Part shown: positions 31,739 to 41,778 of the stretch, in pieces
Position numbering within the stretch: position 1 is the stretch's first letter
Layout of the letters: the number at the start of each line of letters is the position of its first letter
Source of the DNA: an uncultured Spirochaetota bacterium
GTDB lineage: Bacteria; Spirochaetota; Spirochaetia; SZUA-6; Fen-1364
Direction of reading: 5' to 3'
DNA length: 64,000 nt
Assembly: GCA_963845535.1 (NCBI GenBank)
Contig: CAWJSK010000019.1
Span: forward strand, 448,001 to 512,000
The notes under the pieces: model-generated
Database searches by the model: none
Told to the model about the DNA's origin: nothing
The model's input: the letters and a program-made list of their open reading frames with translations, nothing else
Translations under genes and position numbers: made by a program

Positions 31739-32245
31739 TCATTTGGGAGCGAGCTCGCCGTACCAATAGGCGGCGGTTACTCCGCCGTCCATGAGGAAGT
31801 CGCTGCCGGTGATGAACTCACCGTCGGAACCCATGAGGAGTGCGCCAACGGTTGCCACCTCGTCTGGTGTGCCGGCGCGTCGCGCCGCAGACACCTCGAT
31901 CATGCGCCGGTATCCTGCGCCACGCGGCCCGTCGAGCTCGTCCCTGGCAAGCGGCGTGATAATGATGCCCGGACTGATGGTGTTGAGCCGCGCACCGCGC
32001 TTGCCCCAACGAACCGCCTCGGCCATGACGCGGAGGGAGTTCCCGCGCTTCGCGAGCTGGTACGCGTGAAGGGAATCCGTCACCTGGTCGGGCTGAAGAA
32101 AGGGAAGACTGAGCAACTCCTCCGCCGCCGCACTGGCGTTGTCCTGGCGAATATCCGCCAGCAATACATGCTTGCCTGCACCAACCCGCCTGGCGATCGC
32201 TTGACCAATAAGACCTGATCCGATGACGACAATAGTGGTTCTCAT
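31739..32245 (-). pseudogene. SDR oxidoreductase with large in-frame internal deletion
   Basis: 168 aa; IGSGLIG Rossmann start joins almost directly to the YQLAK motif; central strands absent. Confidence 0.75.
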
Positions 32246-32509
32246 TGCAATCCCCTTTACCGAAATGTCCGCGGCGAGCTCACGCCCTGGAGTCCACCTG
32301 CTGCCCCCCCGGACAAAGAGAATATAAAGATCGACGAAGCGAGGCGCTTGCCCAAACCTACAAGACTTTGACCCAATCCACGAAAAGGCGGCCTGCCCTT
32401 TGGGGAGAAGAGGATGACTGGTGTTTTGGACGATTAGGCAAGGAATATGTAAGATCGTCCTATCCACGACCGCTGAATCACATGTATTGTTCACGAAAGG
32501 AGCTAAGTA

Positions 32510-32932
32510 ATGAACTCTTCGTTCGATGCGGGAGACCTTTTTCCGCGCGGCACGGTTGTCCCGGGCGATCACTTCAAGGGAACCGCATGGCTGGAAATGC
32601 TGATCGCCGATCCAGTTTTCAACTGCCCGATTGGCAACGTGACGTTTGAACCGGGTGCAAGGAACAGCTGGCACAAGCATCCGGGAGGTCAAATCCTGCT
32701 TGTGACCAGCGGTTCGGGTTTCTATCAGGAGCGGGGGAAGCCCGCCCGTCGCTTGAACCGCGGGGACGTGGTGAAGATCCTGCCCAATGTGGAGCACTGG
32801 CACGGTGCCGCCCCCGGCAACTCCTTCTCGCACATTGCCATAACTACCAATCCCCGGAGAGGTGACGCAGTGTGGATGGAGCCGCTCAGCGACGAGGAGT
32901 ATCGCGACGCGACCAGCCAGGGACCCGCCTGA
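32510..32932 (+). CDS. cupin domain protein
   Basis: VTFEPGARNSWHKHPGGQIL, HWHGAAP. Confidence 0.9.
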   Translation: MNSSFDAGDLFPRGTVVPGDHFKGTAWLEMLIADPVFNCPIGNVTFEPGARNSWHKHPGGQILLVTSGSGFYQERGKPARRLNRGDVVKILPNVEHWHGAAPGNSFSHIAITTNPRRGDAVWMEPLSDEEYRDATSQGPA

Positions 32933-32982
32933 AACCTCGCGCAAGTCATGGCCCGTGCCCGACCTCCCTGGAGATGAATGAA

Positions 32983-33498
32983 ATGAAGAACCTGATCGCT
33001 TACTTTTCGCGCCAAGGAGACAATTACGTCGGCGGCAGCCTCGAGAATCTGCCTGTGGGGAACACTGAAGTGGCCGCGAAGATGATTCAGAAGCTGACTG
33101 ATGCCGACATCTTCCGAATCGCAACCGTGAAGGAGTACCCGACAGACTACACCAAGACCACGGAAGTGGCTCGGCAGGAACTGCGTCAGAATGCAAGGCC
33201 AGAGCTTTCGAGGGATGTAGACAACCTGGACGGCTATGATGTGATTTTCCTCGGCTACCCAAACTGGTGGGGAACAATGCCAATGGCGGTATGGACCTTC
33301 CTGGAAAAGCATGACCTCTCCGGAAAGACCATCCTCCCGTTCTGTACCCATGAAGGGAGCCGCATGGGACACAGCGAAAGCGACATCAAGAAGCTCTGTC
33401 CTCACGCCACGGTGCTGAACGGGCTCTCTATCAGGGGCGGGAGCGTCAGGGGGGCGGAGAAGGAAATCTCGACGTGGCTTCGGGAATCGGGCCTTTGA
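32983..33498 (+). CDS. flavodoxin
   Basis: IAYFSR, GNTE, GYPNWWGTMP, PFCTHEGS. Confidence 0.92.
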   Translation: MKNLIAYFSRQGDNYVGGSLENLPVGNTEVAAKMIQKLTDADIFRIATVKEYPTDYTKTTEVARQELRQNARPELSRDVDNLDGYDVIFLGYPNWWGTMPMAVWTFLEKHDLSGKTILPFCTHEGSRMGHSESDIKKLCPHATVLNGLSIRGGSVRGAEKEISTWLRESGL

Positions 33499-33505
33499 AA
33501 AGGCT

Positions 33506-35182
33506 TCATCCGCGCGTCGTAGTGGAGCTGATTTCTGCGTCGATAAGATAAGGCCCCCCGCTTGCAAATCCGCGCTGAAGCGCTGCACCGACATCGGTCG
33601 CTTTGATCACATGCTCGCCCGGCACGCCGAGAGAACGGGCCAGTGCAACGTGATCGATGGGCGGTCGATCGAGATCCATTCCAACAAAGGTGTCATCGCA
33701 CGCGGAGAAGCCCTTGAGTGAGAGCACGCGCTGTTTCAGAATGCGATAGCATGCGTTGTTGAAGATGACAAAAACAACCGCAATTGACTCCCGCGCAGCG
33801 GTCCAGAGAGCCTGGATTGTGTACATCGCGCTGCCATCACCGAGGAGAGCCACCACCGGACGACCCGGAAGCGCCAGTTTAATCCCCATCGCCGCAGGAA
33901 GGCCCCAGCCGATACCCCCGCCCCTCATCCCGAAGAGTGCCTTCGAGTCGGCGCATGGAAAAAACCAACGGATGCCTTCTACGGAGGAGAGGACTTCCTC
34001 GACAACCGTTGCGTCTCGCGGGACGTTCGCCGCGATCGCCTGAACGAGAGTAAGAGGCGAAATCGGGGTGTGCGCAGAATCCTTTGCCGCGCGATCGTTC
34101 AGTTCCTTCAGAACGCGCTCGTGCGCGGCGCCGGCCGCTGCCCTTCTTCGGGCCGCCTCCGCATGGCCATCCGGGGTCGTGTGTCGGCGAAATGCCTCTG
34201 TGAGCTCCGGCAGAGTTGCCTTTGGGTCCCCCTGAAGGGCGACGGCCGCGGGATAGTTCTTGCCCAGCTCCCATGGGTCCTGGTCGAGATGGACAACCGT
34301 GAGCCCCTGAGGCAAAGGGTCAATCTCATCGGGCAAAGAGAGGGTGAAGAGATCCGCGCCAACCGAAAAAAGCAGATCGTGGCGACTGAGAAGCGTCCGA
34401 ATCTGGGGGGCAAGTCGGGACATGGACCCAGCATACTGCGGGTGAGTGAAAGGGAATGCACACGTCGAGGCCATGCACTCGTTGATCACCGGGCAGCCGA
34501 CAAGCTCCGCGAGCTCCACAAGCTCGACGAGCGAATCACTGAGGGCAACAGCGTCTCCTGCCACAATGAGTGGGCGCTCGGCGTTGGCCAAAAGACGCGC
34601 CGCCTGATCAATGGCCGAGCGATCTGCGACTGTCCCCGAAGCGATCCTCGTGGGACATAAGAGATCGAAGTCGCGTTCGGCGTTCAGCACGTCGACTGGG
34701 AGGGAAAGGAAGACTGGTCCTCTCGGATGAGAAAGAGCCGTTTTTGTTGCGCGACGCAACAGGCGCGGAAGGTCCTCCGCCCTGCGGACTTCTGCGGACC
34801 ATTTCACGAAAGGCGCCGCCATGGGAGGAAGATCGGCCCACACAACAGGCTCGGTGGCGGTGAAGGACTGGTCGTGTTGGCCCGCTGTCAGGAGAAGGGG
34901 AGCTCCTGACTTCTGAGCGTTGTAGAGCATACCGAGAGCGTTGCCGAGTCCCGGAGCGATATGTACATTCGCGACCGCGAGGTCACCGCTCGCTGTGGCG
35001 AACCCGTCCGCCATTGCCACGGCCACTGACTCGTGGAGAGCCAGCACGTAGCGGATGGCCGGCTCACGGACAAGAGCGTCCATGAGCGGCAGTTCCGTCG
35101 TGCCAGGGTTGCCGAAAATGAATCCGACCCCTTCCTGTTTGAGAATCTCGAGGAAAGCCTGCTTCCCGGTCATCTGAGCCAT
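33506..35182 (-). CDS. TPP-dependent decarboxylase, benzoylformate decarboxylase-like
   Basis: FGNPGTTELP, HESVAVAMADG, NVHIAPGLGNA, GDGSAMY...NN. Confidence 0.85.
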   Translation of the reverse strand: MAQMTGKQAFLEILKQEGVGFIFGNPGTTELPLMDALVREPAIRYVLALHESVAVAMADGFATASGDLAVANVHIAPGLGNALGMLYNAQKSGAPLLLTAGQHDQSFTATEPVVWADLPPMAAPFVKWSAEVRRAEDLPRLLRRATKTALSHPRGPVFLSLPVDVLNAERDFDLLCPTRIASGTVADRSAIDQAARLLANAERPLIVAGDAVALSDSLVELVELAELVGCPVINECMASTCAFPFTHPQYAGSMSRLAPQIRTLLSRHDLLFSVGADLFTLSLPDEIDPLPQGLTVVHLDQDPWELGKNYPAAVALQGDPKATLPELTEAFRRHTTPDGHAEAARRRAAAGAAHERVLKELNDRAAKDSAHTPISPLTLVQAIAANVPRDATVVEEVLSSVEGIRWFFPCADSKALFGMRGGGIGWGLPAAMGIKLALPGRPVVALLGDGSAMYTIQALWTAARESIAVVFVIFNNACYRILKQRVLSLKGFSACDDTFVGMDLDRPPIDHVALARSLGVPGEHVIKATDVGAALQRGFASGGPYLIDAEISSTTTRG

Positions 35183-35287
35183 GATCAGCTATCATATGCC
35201 CGATGCCAAGAACACGCCACTCAAACGTGAAAAACCCCGATCCGCGATGAAGGGCTCCACGATGCTGAATACGTTTATATTATCGCC

Positions 35288-35524
35288 ATGGCCAATGGAC
35301 GCATTAAAATCCGCCTGCATGCCTCCCTGCGGAAATGGGAACCGATTCCAGCCGTCAGCTGCGAGATAATGGGAGAGAAAACGGTTCGAAGTTTCCTTCT
35401 GGATGCCGGTATACCGGAACACGAGGCAGTCATTATAATCGTCAATGGCAGACGCGCCAGGCTTGAGACGAAACTATCGGATGGCGACACGCTTAGCCTG
35501 TTCCCTCTTATTGGAGGCGGCTGA
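35288..35524 (+). CDS. MoaD/ThiS family sulfur-carrier protein
   Basis: 78 aa, IIVNG...DGDTLSLFPLIGGG with C-terminal GG. Confidence 0.88.
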   Translation: MANGRIKIRLHASLRKWEPIPAVSCEIMGEKTVRSFLLDAGIPEHEAVIIIVNGRRARLETKLSDGDTLSLFPLIGGG

Positions 35525-35542
35525 GACCAGCCGAGGTGGAAA

Positions 35543-36673
35543 ATGCAGGTTCCTTTTGATGCGGCCAAACTAGACCGTTTGATGGAAGATGCAGACCTGT
35601 CTCTGGTGCTTGCGAGCAGCCGTCACAATGTGAGGTATCTGACCGGCGGGTATTACTACCACTTCCACGCGAACTCGACGCGAATGGGGAGGAGCCGATA
35701 TCTCCCCTTTGTGGGAGTCCCCGCGAAACGCATACCGGACTCGTTTTACGTCGCTCGGGCGGAGGAACGTGGCCAGCTGGAATCCGAAGGGCTGTGGGTC
35801 CCTACTGTCGTGGAAGCGATTCGAGGGACCGTGACGGCCGCCAAGGGCGTCATGACAATGATACGCCGTCTCGGCTTGACGTCGTCGCGAATGGGCGTCG
35901 AGTTTCCGTTCCTCCCCGCCGACGCGTTTATTGCGTTGCGGCAGGAGCTTCCTGAAGCTGTGTTCGTGGATGCGACGCCGATCTTTGATGAGCTCAGGGC
36001 CGTGAAGAATGAAAGGGAGGTGTCGATTCTGAGAAACGTCTACGCCGGGGTCGCTGAATCCATTCAAGCTGCATTCCGTGGCAGCCATGCAGGAGAGTCT
36101 ACTCTTCAGATTGCCCAGCGCGTCGAACGAGAGATGGCCGCGAGGGCAATCTCATTCCTGTTCTCCTTCGTGTGTGCCGGTCCGGGATTCTTGAGGGCGC
36201 CGTCTTCCACGAAATGGGAAAACGGGCAGGTGCTCCACATTGACGCAGGTGGAAATCAGCAGGACTATATTGCAGATATTTGCAGGATGGGGTGCGTCGG
36301 CGAACCGTCTGCTCTTGCCAAAGAATTGCATCAAGCCTGCATTGAAGTGATAGATCACGTGAGAAGCGTCGTTCGGCCAGGAGTGGCCTGCCGCAATGTC
36401 TTAGAAACGGGAGAGGCGGCCTCACGGCGCTACCGATTTTCCTCTTACGCACGTTTCGTCGTGCATTCAATCGGCATGGTTCCCTACGAGCAACCTGCGT
36501 TCTCTCATGAGACCACGCGGACCTTGGAGAAGGGAATGGTATTGTCGATTGAAACGGATTTTCTTCACCCCCAAGCAGGTCACGTAAAAATCGAAGATGC
36601 CGTTGTCGTCACTGAAACGGGCTGCGAAGGCCTTGGCGACCTTGGAAGAGAATGGCAGATAGTCGCTGTCTGA
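35543..36673 (+). CDS. M24 (Xaa-Pro peptidase/creatinase fold) hydrolase
   Basis: RAVKNERE, IDAGG...YIADICRM, HSIG, SIE, KIEDAVVVTETGCE. Confidence 0.85.
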   Translation: MQVPFDAAKLDRLMEDADLSLVLASSRHNVRYLTGGYYYHFHANSTRMGRSRYLPFVGVPAKRIPDSFYVARAEERGQLESEGLWVPTVVEAIRGTVTAAKGVMTMIRRLGLTSSRMGVEFPFLPADAFIALRQELPEAVFVDATPIFDELRAVKNEREVSILRNVYAGVAESIQAAFRGSHAGESTLQIAQRVEREMAARAISFLFSFVCAGPGFLRAPSSTKWENGQVLHIDAGGNQQDYIADICRMGCVGEPSALAKELHQACIEVIDHVRSVVRPGVACRNVLETGEAASRRYRFSSYARFVVHSIGMVPYEQPAFSHETTRTLEKGMVLSIETDFLHPQAGHVKIEDAVVVTETGCEGLGDLGREWQIVAV

Positions 36674-36717
36674 TCGGGCTAGAATAAATCCATAAATCCG
36701 CTACGAAAAAATTCTGA

Positions 36718-36770
36718 TTGACATGACATGGGATTACGTTGTAATATCGCAAATATATCAGTGATATATT
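36718..36770 (+). promoter_or_regulatory. sigma70 promoter plus palindromic operator
   Basis: TTGACA 36718 /18/ TAATAT 36742; AATATATCA-G-TGATATATT (36752-36770) perfect palindrome. Confidence 0.7.
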
Positions 36771-36835
36771 GCACGTATGTAGCGGAACCTGATGGAAGCT
36801 GCGTCATGGCAACGCGAAAGGAAGGGCGAGGAGAA

Positions 36836-37522
36836 ATGGTCAGGACGAAACGCGCCGCAAGAGAGTTGGTGACGAACAAGAAGAACAGGGTCTACGAAAT
36901 CCTCAGGGACAGGATCGTCAACAATGTGCTCAAGCCCCAGGAGTTTCTGAATGAGCAAGCCCTCAGTGAGGACCTCGAGGTCAGCAAGACACCTATCCGG
37001 GAGGCTTTGCAGCAACTGGAGCACAGTCGACTGGTCGTAATCATCCCCAATAAGGGCTGCTACGTTGCCAATATCAGCATAGACAGGATTCGGGAGATCT
37101 TCGAGATCAGGACAATTCTTGAATGCGCAGCGGCCAGGCTCGCCGCCTCACTGCCAAACCGTGAAAGCTTCCTCGCGTTCTCGGAAAGCAATAACTCCGC
37201 AGATTCCAGGGATGGCGAGGAGCTGCGTCGGAGGCTCATCTCAGGATACCAGATCCACACAAAAATCGTGGAAGCAGTCGGGAACAGCTACCTGACTGAC
37301 TACTATCGGACCATCCTGGACAACATCGTCCAGATCCGCGTCTATTTCCTCAGCAGGTTCGGGCCGAAGCGACTCCATGAGACCATAGATGAGCACAAGA
37401 AGATCCTGCGGGCAATCGCGGCCGGGGATGCCAATGGCGCGGAGAATGCCATGCGGGAGCATTTGAATGCCGCGCTGAAGAACATCAACCGGCTCATGCT
37501 CGGAAGCAGGGAGGAACTATGA
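36836..37522 (+). CDS. GntR family (FCD) transcriptional regulator
   Basis: VSKTPIREAL HTH; EHKKILRAI...AMREHL FCD domain. Confidence 0.92.
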   Translation: MVRTKRAARELVTNKKNRVYEILRDRIVNNVLKPQEFLNEQALSEDLEVSKTPIREALQQLEHSRLVVIIPNKGCYVANISIDRIREIFEIRTILECAAARLAASLPNRESFLAFSESNNSADSRDGEELRRRLISGYQIHTKIVEAVGNSYLTDYYRTILDNIVQIRVYFLSRFGPKRLHETIDEHKKILRAIAAGDANGAENAMREHLNAALKNINRLMLGSREEL

Positions 37523-38199
37523 TTCACGTTTGCAAGGAGACCCGGAGGGTAGACGCTGCTCTCGTCGAGAAGTTCCGGGCCTTGGACGTGGCAACCGTTT
37601 ACGAAGCTTCCGGAAGAAAGGGCTTCATTGACAACACAATCAAGCCGGCCGCACGGGGCACCCGGGTCTGCGGCCCGGCGTTTACGGTGCAATGCGCTCC
37701 TGGTGACAATCTCATGCTTCACAAGGCCCTCCAATGCGCGACCGCCGGAGATGCCCTCGTTGCCAGCGTCGGGGCACAGCCGGACTTCGGTTATTGGGGC
37801 GCGTTGATGGCAACCGCGGCAGTGGCAAAGGGACTGGCGGGATTGGCAATCGACGGGTGCATCAGGGACTCCGCAGAGATCATCAAGATGGGGTTCCCGG
37901 TCTTCTGCCGCGGCTTCTGCATCAAGGGGACCACGAAATCCGTGCTCGGGCTCATCAACTATCCTCTGAACTTCGGGCAAATCACCATCTTCCCCGGTGA
38001 CCTGATTCTTGGGGATGACGACGGGATGGTGGTCGTTCGCTTCGAAGAATGCGAGGACGTACTGCAAAAGTCCCTGAAAAGGGTCGAGCTCGAAGACACC
38101 AAGGCCAAGCAACTCAAAAAAGGCGTGTCCAGCGTAGAGCTGAACAGCCTGGATAAGGTGTTCGAGTCCCTCGGCATGATGGAAGAGGGCCGGCAGTGA
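37519..38199 (+). CDS. HMG/CHA aldolase (RraA family)
   Basis: ATVYEA, GPAFTV...PGDNLMLH, YWGALM, IDGCIRD, PGDLILGDDDG. Confidence 0.85.
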   Translation: MIHVCKETRRVDAALVEKFRALDVATVYEASGRKGFIDNTIKPAARGTRVCGPAFTVQCAPGDNLMLHKALQCATAGDALVASVGAQPDFGYWGALMATAAVAKGLAGLAIDGCIRDSAEIIKMGFPVFCRGFCIKGTTKSVLGLINYPLNFGQITIFPGDLILGDDDGMVVVRFEECEDVLQKSLKRVELEDTKAKQLKKGVSSVELNSLDKVFESLGMMEEGRQ

Positions 38200-39266
38200 G
38201 GATTGCCCAGAGCGCCCTGCTTGCCGCGGCCAAGGAGATTCTCGTCCTGCTGGGGGAGGAAACGGAAAGCGCGCGCGTTGCCTCGGAAGCTCTCGTGACG
38301 GCTGACATGCGCGGAATCAGCACGCATGGGGTCAACCTCTTGCGCATGATGTCAGAACGGGTCTCGGCCAGGATGCTGGCCATGCCGACGCGCGTCGACG
38401 TCATCGCAGATGACGCGACAACCGCCGTTCTGGACGGAAACAACGGCCTCGGGCAGGTGGCAGCCCACCGCGGGTTGCGTCTGAGCGTGGAGAAGGCCAG
38501 GCGCAGCGGCCTTGGAATGGTTTGCTTGCGCAATACCAACAACATAGGCGCTCTGGGCTATTTCACGTCCTTGGCCGCTGATCGTGACGGCGTTGCATCA
38601 ATCGTCATGACGAACGGGAACCCTTCGGTTGCGCCCTATGGCAGCGCGGAGCCCTTTTTTGGCACAAACCCGCTCTCCATCGGCGTCCCCGCCCTTCCAG
38701 GCCGCCCGCTTGTCCTTGATATGTCATCCAGCGTCGTCGCGCGCGGCAAGATCCGGCTGGCTTCCCTGAGCGGTGAGAGCATCCCGTCGGGCTGGGCCCT
38801 TGACGATACCGGAGCGCCCACCTGTGATCCAGCGCTTGCCCTGAAGGGTTGCCTGTTGCCTCTGGGCGGCCCCAAAGGCTCGGGTCTGGCCATGATGATC
38901 GACATTTTCTCGGGAATGATCTCTGGCTCGGCCTATGGAAGGGGATTGAAAAGCTTTCACGGGCTGGACGGCGCCACGGGCGTCGGGGCCTGCTTTATCA
39001 GCATTGATATCGAAAGGTTCGTGGGTTCCGAATCCTTCGCCGCGAAAATGGCGGAGTACATCCAGGAGATCAAAGGACTCCGAAAGCAGGAGGGCGTAGC
39101 GGAGATCCTGCTGCCGGGCGAGGTCGAGTGGAAAAAGCAGGAGGAAAGCCGTCGCGCTGGAATCGAGATTCCGGATTCCGTGGCAAAAGGCCTGGACCAG
39201 GTGCTGGCCAGGCTTGGCAGCCGCCTGAGCCTCATTTCCGCGCCTGAGAAGGAACTGCGGGAATGA
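38196..39266 (+). CDS. Ldh_2 family NAD(P)-dependent oxidoreductase
   Basis: RGISTHG, DGNNGLGQ, GTNPLSI, GGPKGSGL, LPGE. Confidence 0.9.
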   Translation: MRIAQSALLAAAKEILVLLGEETESARVASEALVTADMRGISTHGVNLLRMMSERVSARMLAMPTRVDVIADDATTAVLDGNNGLGQVAAHRGLRLSVEKARRSGLGMVCLRNTNNIGALGYFTSLAADRDGVASIVMTNGNPSVAPYGSAEPFFGTNPLSIGVPALPGRPLVLDMSSSVVARGKIRLASLSGESIPSGWALDDTGAPTCDPALALKGCLLPLGGPKGSGLAMMIDIFSGMISGSAYGRGLKSFHGLDGATGVGACFISIDIERFVGSESFAAKMAEYIQEIKGLRKQEGVAEILLPGEVEWKKQEESRRAGIEIPDSVAKGLDQVLARLGSRLSLISAPEKELRE

Positions 39267-40996
39267 AGTCCATAATCCGCGTTGACACGCGCGCGCGGCG
39301 GATAGTCGCCACGGAAGCCTCCCGTGAAGAGCTGCACTGGGGAGGTCGGTCTCTGATTGCACACTTCCTTCTTCGGGAGGTGCCGCCGGCGTGCGAGCCC
39401 ACCGGAAGGAGAAACAAGCTCATTTTTGCCTCAGGGCTCCTTGCGGACACCGGCGTTACCACCGCCGGACAGCTGTCAATCGGCGGGAAGAGCCCGCTCA
39501 CCGGCGGCGTGAAGGAGAGCAACGTCGGCGGCTACGCCGGGAGAAGGCTTGCCCGACTGGGCATACGAGCGCTGATCCTGGAGGACACGCCGCTGAGTCC
39601 GACGACGGATGTCCTGGTCATTACAGCCAAGGGAGCGCGCCTGGAGCCGGCCCCGGACCTGGCAGGCAAGCTGGTGGATGAGACAGTCGCCGCTCTGCGC
39701 GCGAAATACGGAAGCAGCGTTGGCATTTTCTGCACTGGTCCCGCTGGTGAGATGGTCATGTATGGGGCCGGGATCGCGTGTCCTGACAACAATGACGTCC
39801 AGATCCGATATGCCGCGCGGGGCGGGCTGGGCGCGCTCATGGGGTCCAAGGGAATCAAGGCCATCGTCCTTGACGACTCGGAAACCACCTATGCAGCCGA
39901 GCCCTTCGACAAGGACCTTCTGCAGCAGACCGGAAAGTGGATGTCGGAAGCTTTGCTCCAGGATCCCAAGACGGAAAACCGGCACCTGTACGGAACGCCC
40001 GCCATCCTGGCGCTGGCCAACGCCTCAGGTCTGCTGCCCACGCGCAACTTCTCAAGCGGAGAGTTCGAGCGGGCGGACGCGATTGCCGGTGAACGGGTGC
40101 GGGACGAGATCCTGGCGCGCGGCGGAGAAGGGCAGGCCGGCACGCCCTGCGTTGCCGGCTGCGTGATCCGCTGCAGCAACGTGTTTCCCGACAAGAGCGG
40201 AAAGAAAATCGTTGCCTCTATCCAGTATGAGAACATCTCCCTTCTGGGTTCCAACTGTGGAATCGGAAGCCTGGACGACATTGCGGAGATGAACCGTCTC
40301 TGCAACCAGGTCGGGGTGGACGCCATCGAAACCGGCGCCGCAATCGGCGTGGCCATGGAAGCGGGTGTCATCGAATTCGGAGACGCGGAAGGCGCAAAAG
40401 ATCTGATCCGCCAGATCGGCCGGGGTACGTACCTGGGCCGCATCCTGGGGCATGGGGCCCAGTTGACGGGAAGGGTTCTGGGCGTGCGCAGGATTCCCGT
40501 CATCAAAGGCCAGGCCATTCCCGGGTACGACCCCCGGGCGCTCAAGGGGAATGGCGTCACCTATGTCACGTCACCCATGGGAGCGGACCACACTGCCGGG
40601 AACGCGTTCGAGACCTTGAAGACCCTGGACCCTTTGAAGCCGGAGGGGCAGATCGCGGCCTCCCGGAAGCTGCAGATACGGGCCGCCCTCCTGGACACCC
40701 TTGGGCTCTGCCTGTTCGTGAGACCGCCCTTCCTGAAAAAGCCCGAGATGTTTGCCGCGCTGCTGAAGGGAAGATACGGGTGGGAAATGACGGTGCGCGA
40801 CGTCGTGGGGTTGGCCTATGACGTGATCACGACGGAGCGGGAGTTTAACAGGCGGGCGGGGGCTTCCGACGAGTTCCACCCCATCCCCGAGTTCATGCAG
40901 GACGAGCCCCTGCCGCCTACGAATTCCGTCTTCGACGTGCCGGACGCCGAAATGCGGGCCATGTGGGACGGCTACGAACCCGCTGACCAGCTTTGA
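39263..40996 (+). CDS. aldehyde:ferredoxin oxidoreductase family (tungstopterin) enzyme
   Basis: KSPLTGGVKESNVGG, RGGLGALMGSKGIKAI, CVAGCVIRC, YDPR, GADHT, DTLGLC. Confidence 0.92.
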   Translation: MKSIIRVDTRARRIVATEASREELHWGGRSLIAHFLLREVPPACEPTGRRNKLIFASGLLADTGVTTAGQLSIGGKSPLTGGVKESNVGGYAGRRLARLGIRALILEDTPLSPTTDVLVITAKGARLEPAPDLAGKLVDETVAALRAKYGSSVGIFCTGPAGEMVMYGAGIACPDNNDVQIRYAARGGLGALMGSKGIKAIVLDDSETTYAAEPFDKDLLQQTGKWMSEALLQDPKTENRHLYGTPAILALANASGLLPTRNFSSGEFERADAIAGERVRDEILARGGEGQAGTPCVAGCVIRCSNVFPDKSGKKIVASIQYENISLLGSNCGIGSLDDIAEMNRLCNQVGVDAIETGAAIGVAMEAGVIEFGDAEGAKDLIRQIGRGTYLGRILGHGAQLTGRVLGVRRIPVIKGQAIPGYDPRALKGNGVTYVTSPMGADHTAGNAFETLKTLDPLKPEGQIAASRKLQIRAALLDTLGLCLFVRPPFLKKPEMFAALLKGRYGWEMTVRDVVGLAYDVITTEREFNRRAGASDEFHPIPEFMQDEPLPPTNSVFDVPDAEMRAMWDGYEPADQL

Positions 40997-41014
40997 AAGG
41001 GAGGAGCGAACGGC

Positions 41015-41761
41015 ATGGAAATTGAGAGCAGCATAGTCGTTGTGACCGGTGCCGGAAACGGAATTGGGGCCGCCATCGCTGAAAGGTTGTTCGCGGAAGG
41101 GGCCCTGGTTTCCCTCTGGGACCTCGATCTCGAATCCGTACAAAAGCTTGCCCGGGCGCTGGATCCGAAGGGCAAGAAAGCCGCGGCTTTCAAGGTCAAC
41201 GTCACCGTCGAAGAGGAGGTCACCGCGGCGGTGCGGCAGACCCTGGACAGGTTTAGCCGCATTGATGTTCTCGTCAACAACGCAGGCATCTCCCGCCACA
41301 AGCCAATCGAGGAGATGAGCGTGGAGCTCTTCGAGCAGGTGCTGTCCGTGAACCTCACGGGGCCGTTCATCTGCTGCAAGGCCGTGGCGCCTGTCATGAA
41401 GAAGCAGAACCACGGGAAGATCGTCAATATCGCATCGCTGGGGGGGAGAACGGGAAGGCCAGGCGTGGGCGTAAATTACGCCGCCTCGAAGGCAGGCCTG
41501 ATTGGCATGACAAAATGTCTGGCCAGGGAACTGGGGATGAGCAACATCTGCGTGAACGCCATCTGCCCCGGTCCCATCCTCACGGAACAGACCAAACAGT
41601 ATTCGAAGGAAGTGTTCGCTTCCTGGAACGTCGGACGCGCCGTGCCAAAGGACGGCCTGCCGGCGGACGTCGCGGACGCAGTGATCTTTCTTTCGTCAAA
41701 GAGGGCGGATTGGGTAACAGGGGTTGCTCTCGATGTCAACGGGGGGATCTACATCAACTAG
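41015..41761 (+). CDS. SDR family oxidoreductase
   Basis: TGAGNGIG, NNAG, YAASK, VNAICPG. Confidence 0.93.
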   Translation: MEIESSIVVVTGAGNGIGAAIAERLFAEGALVSLWDLDLESVQKLARALDPKGKKAAAFKVNVTVEEEVTAAVRQTLDRFSRIDVLVNNAGISRHKPIEEMSVELFEQVLSVNLTGPFICCKAVAPVMKKQNHGKIVNIASLGGRTGRPGVGVNYAASKAGLIGMTKCLARELGMSNICVNAICPGPILTEQTKQYSKEVFASWNVGRAVPKDGLPADVADAVIFLSSKRADWVTGVALDVNGGIYIN

Positions 41762-41778
41762 AGAGAGGAGATCTCAGC

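Noticed and set aside
31739..33283. 514-aa minus-strand ORF as one gene
   Set aside because: Only the last 168 aa are SDR-like; the rest is antisense to the cupin and flavodoxin genes
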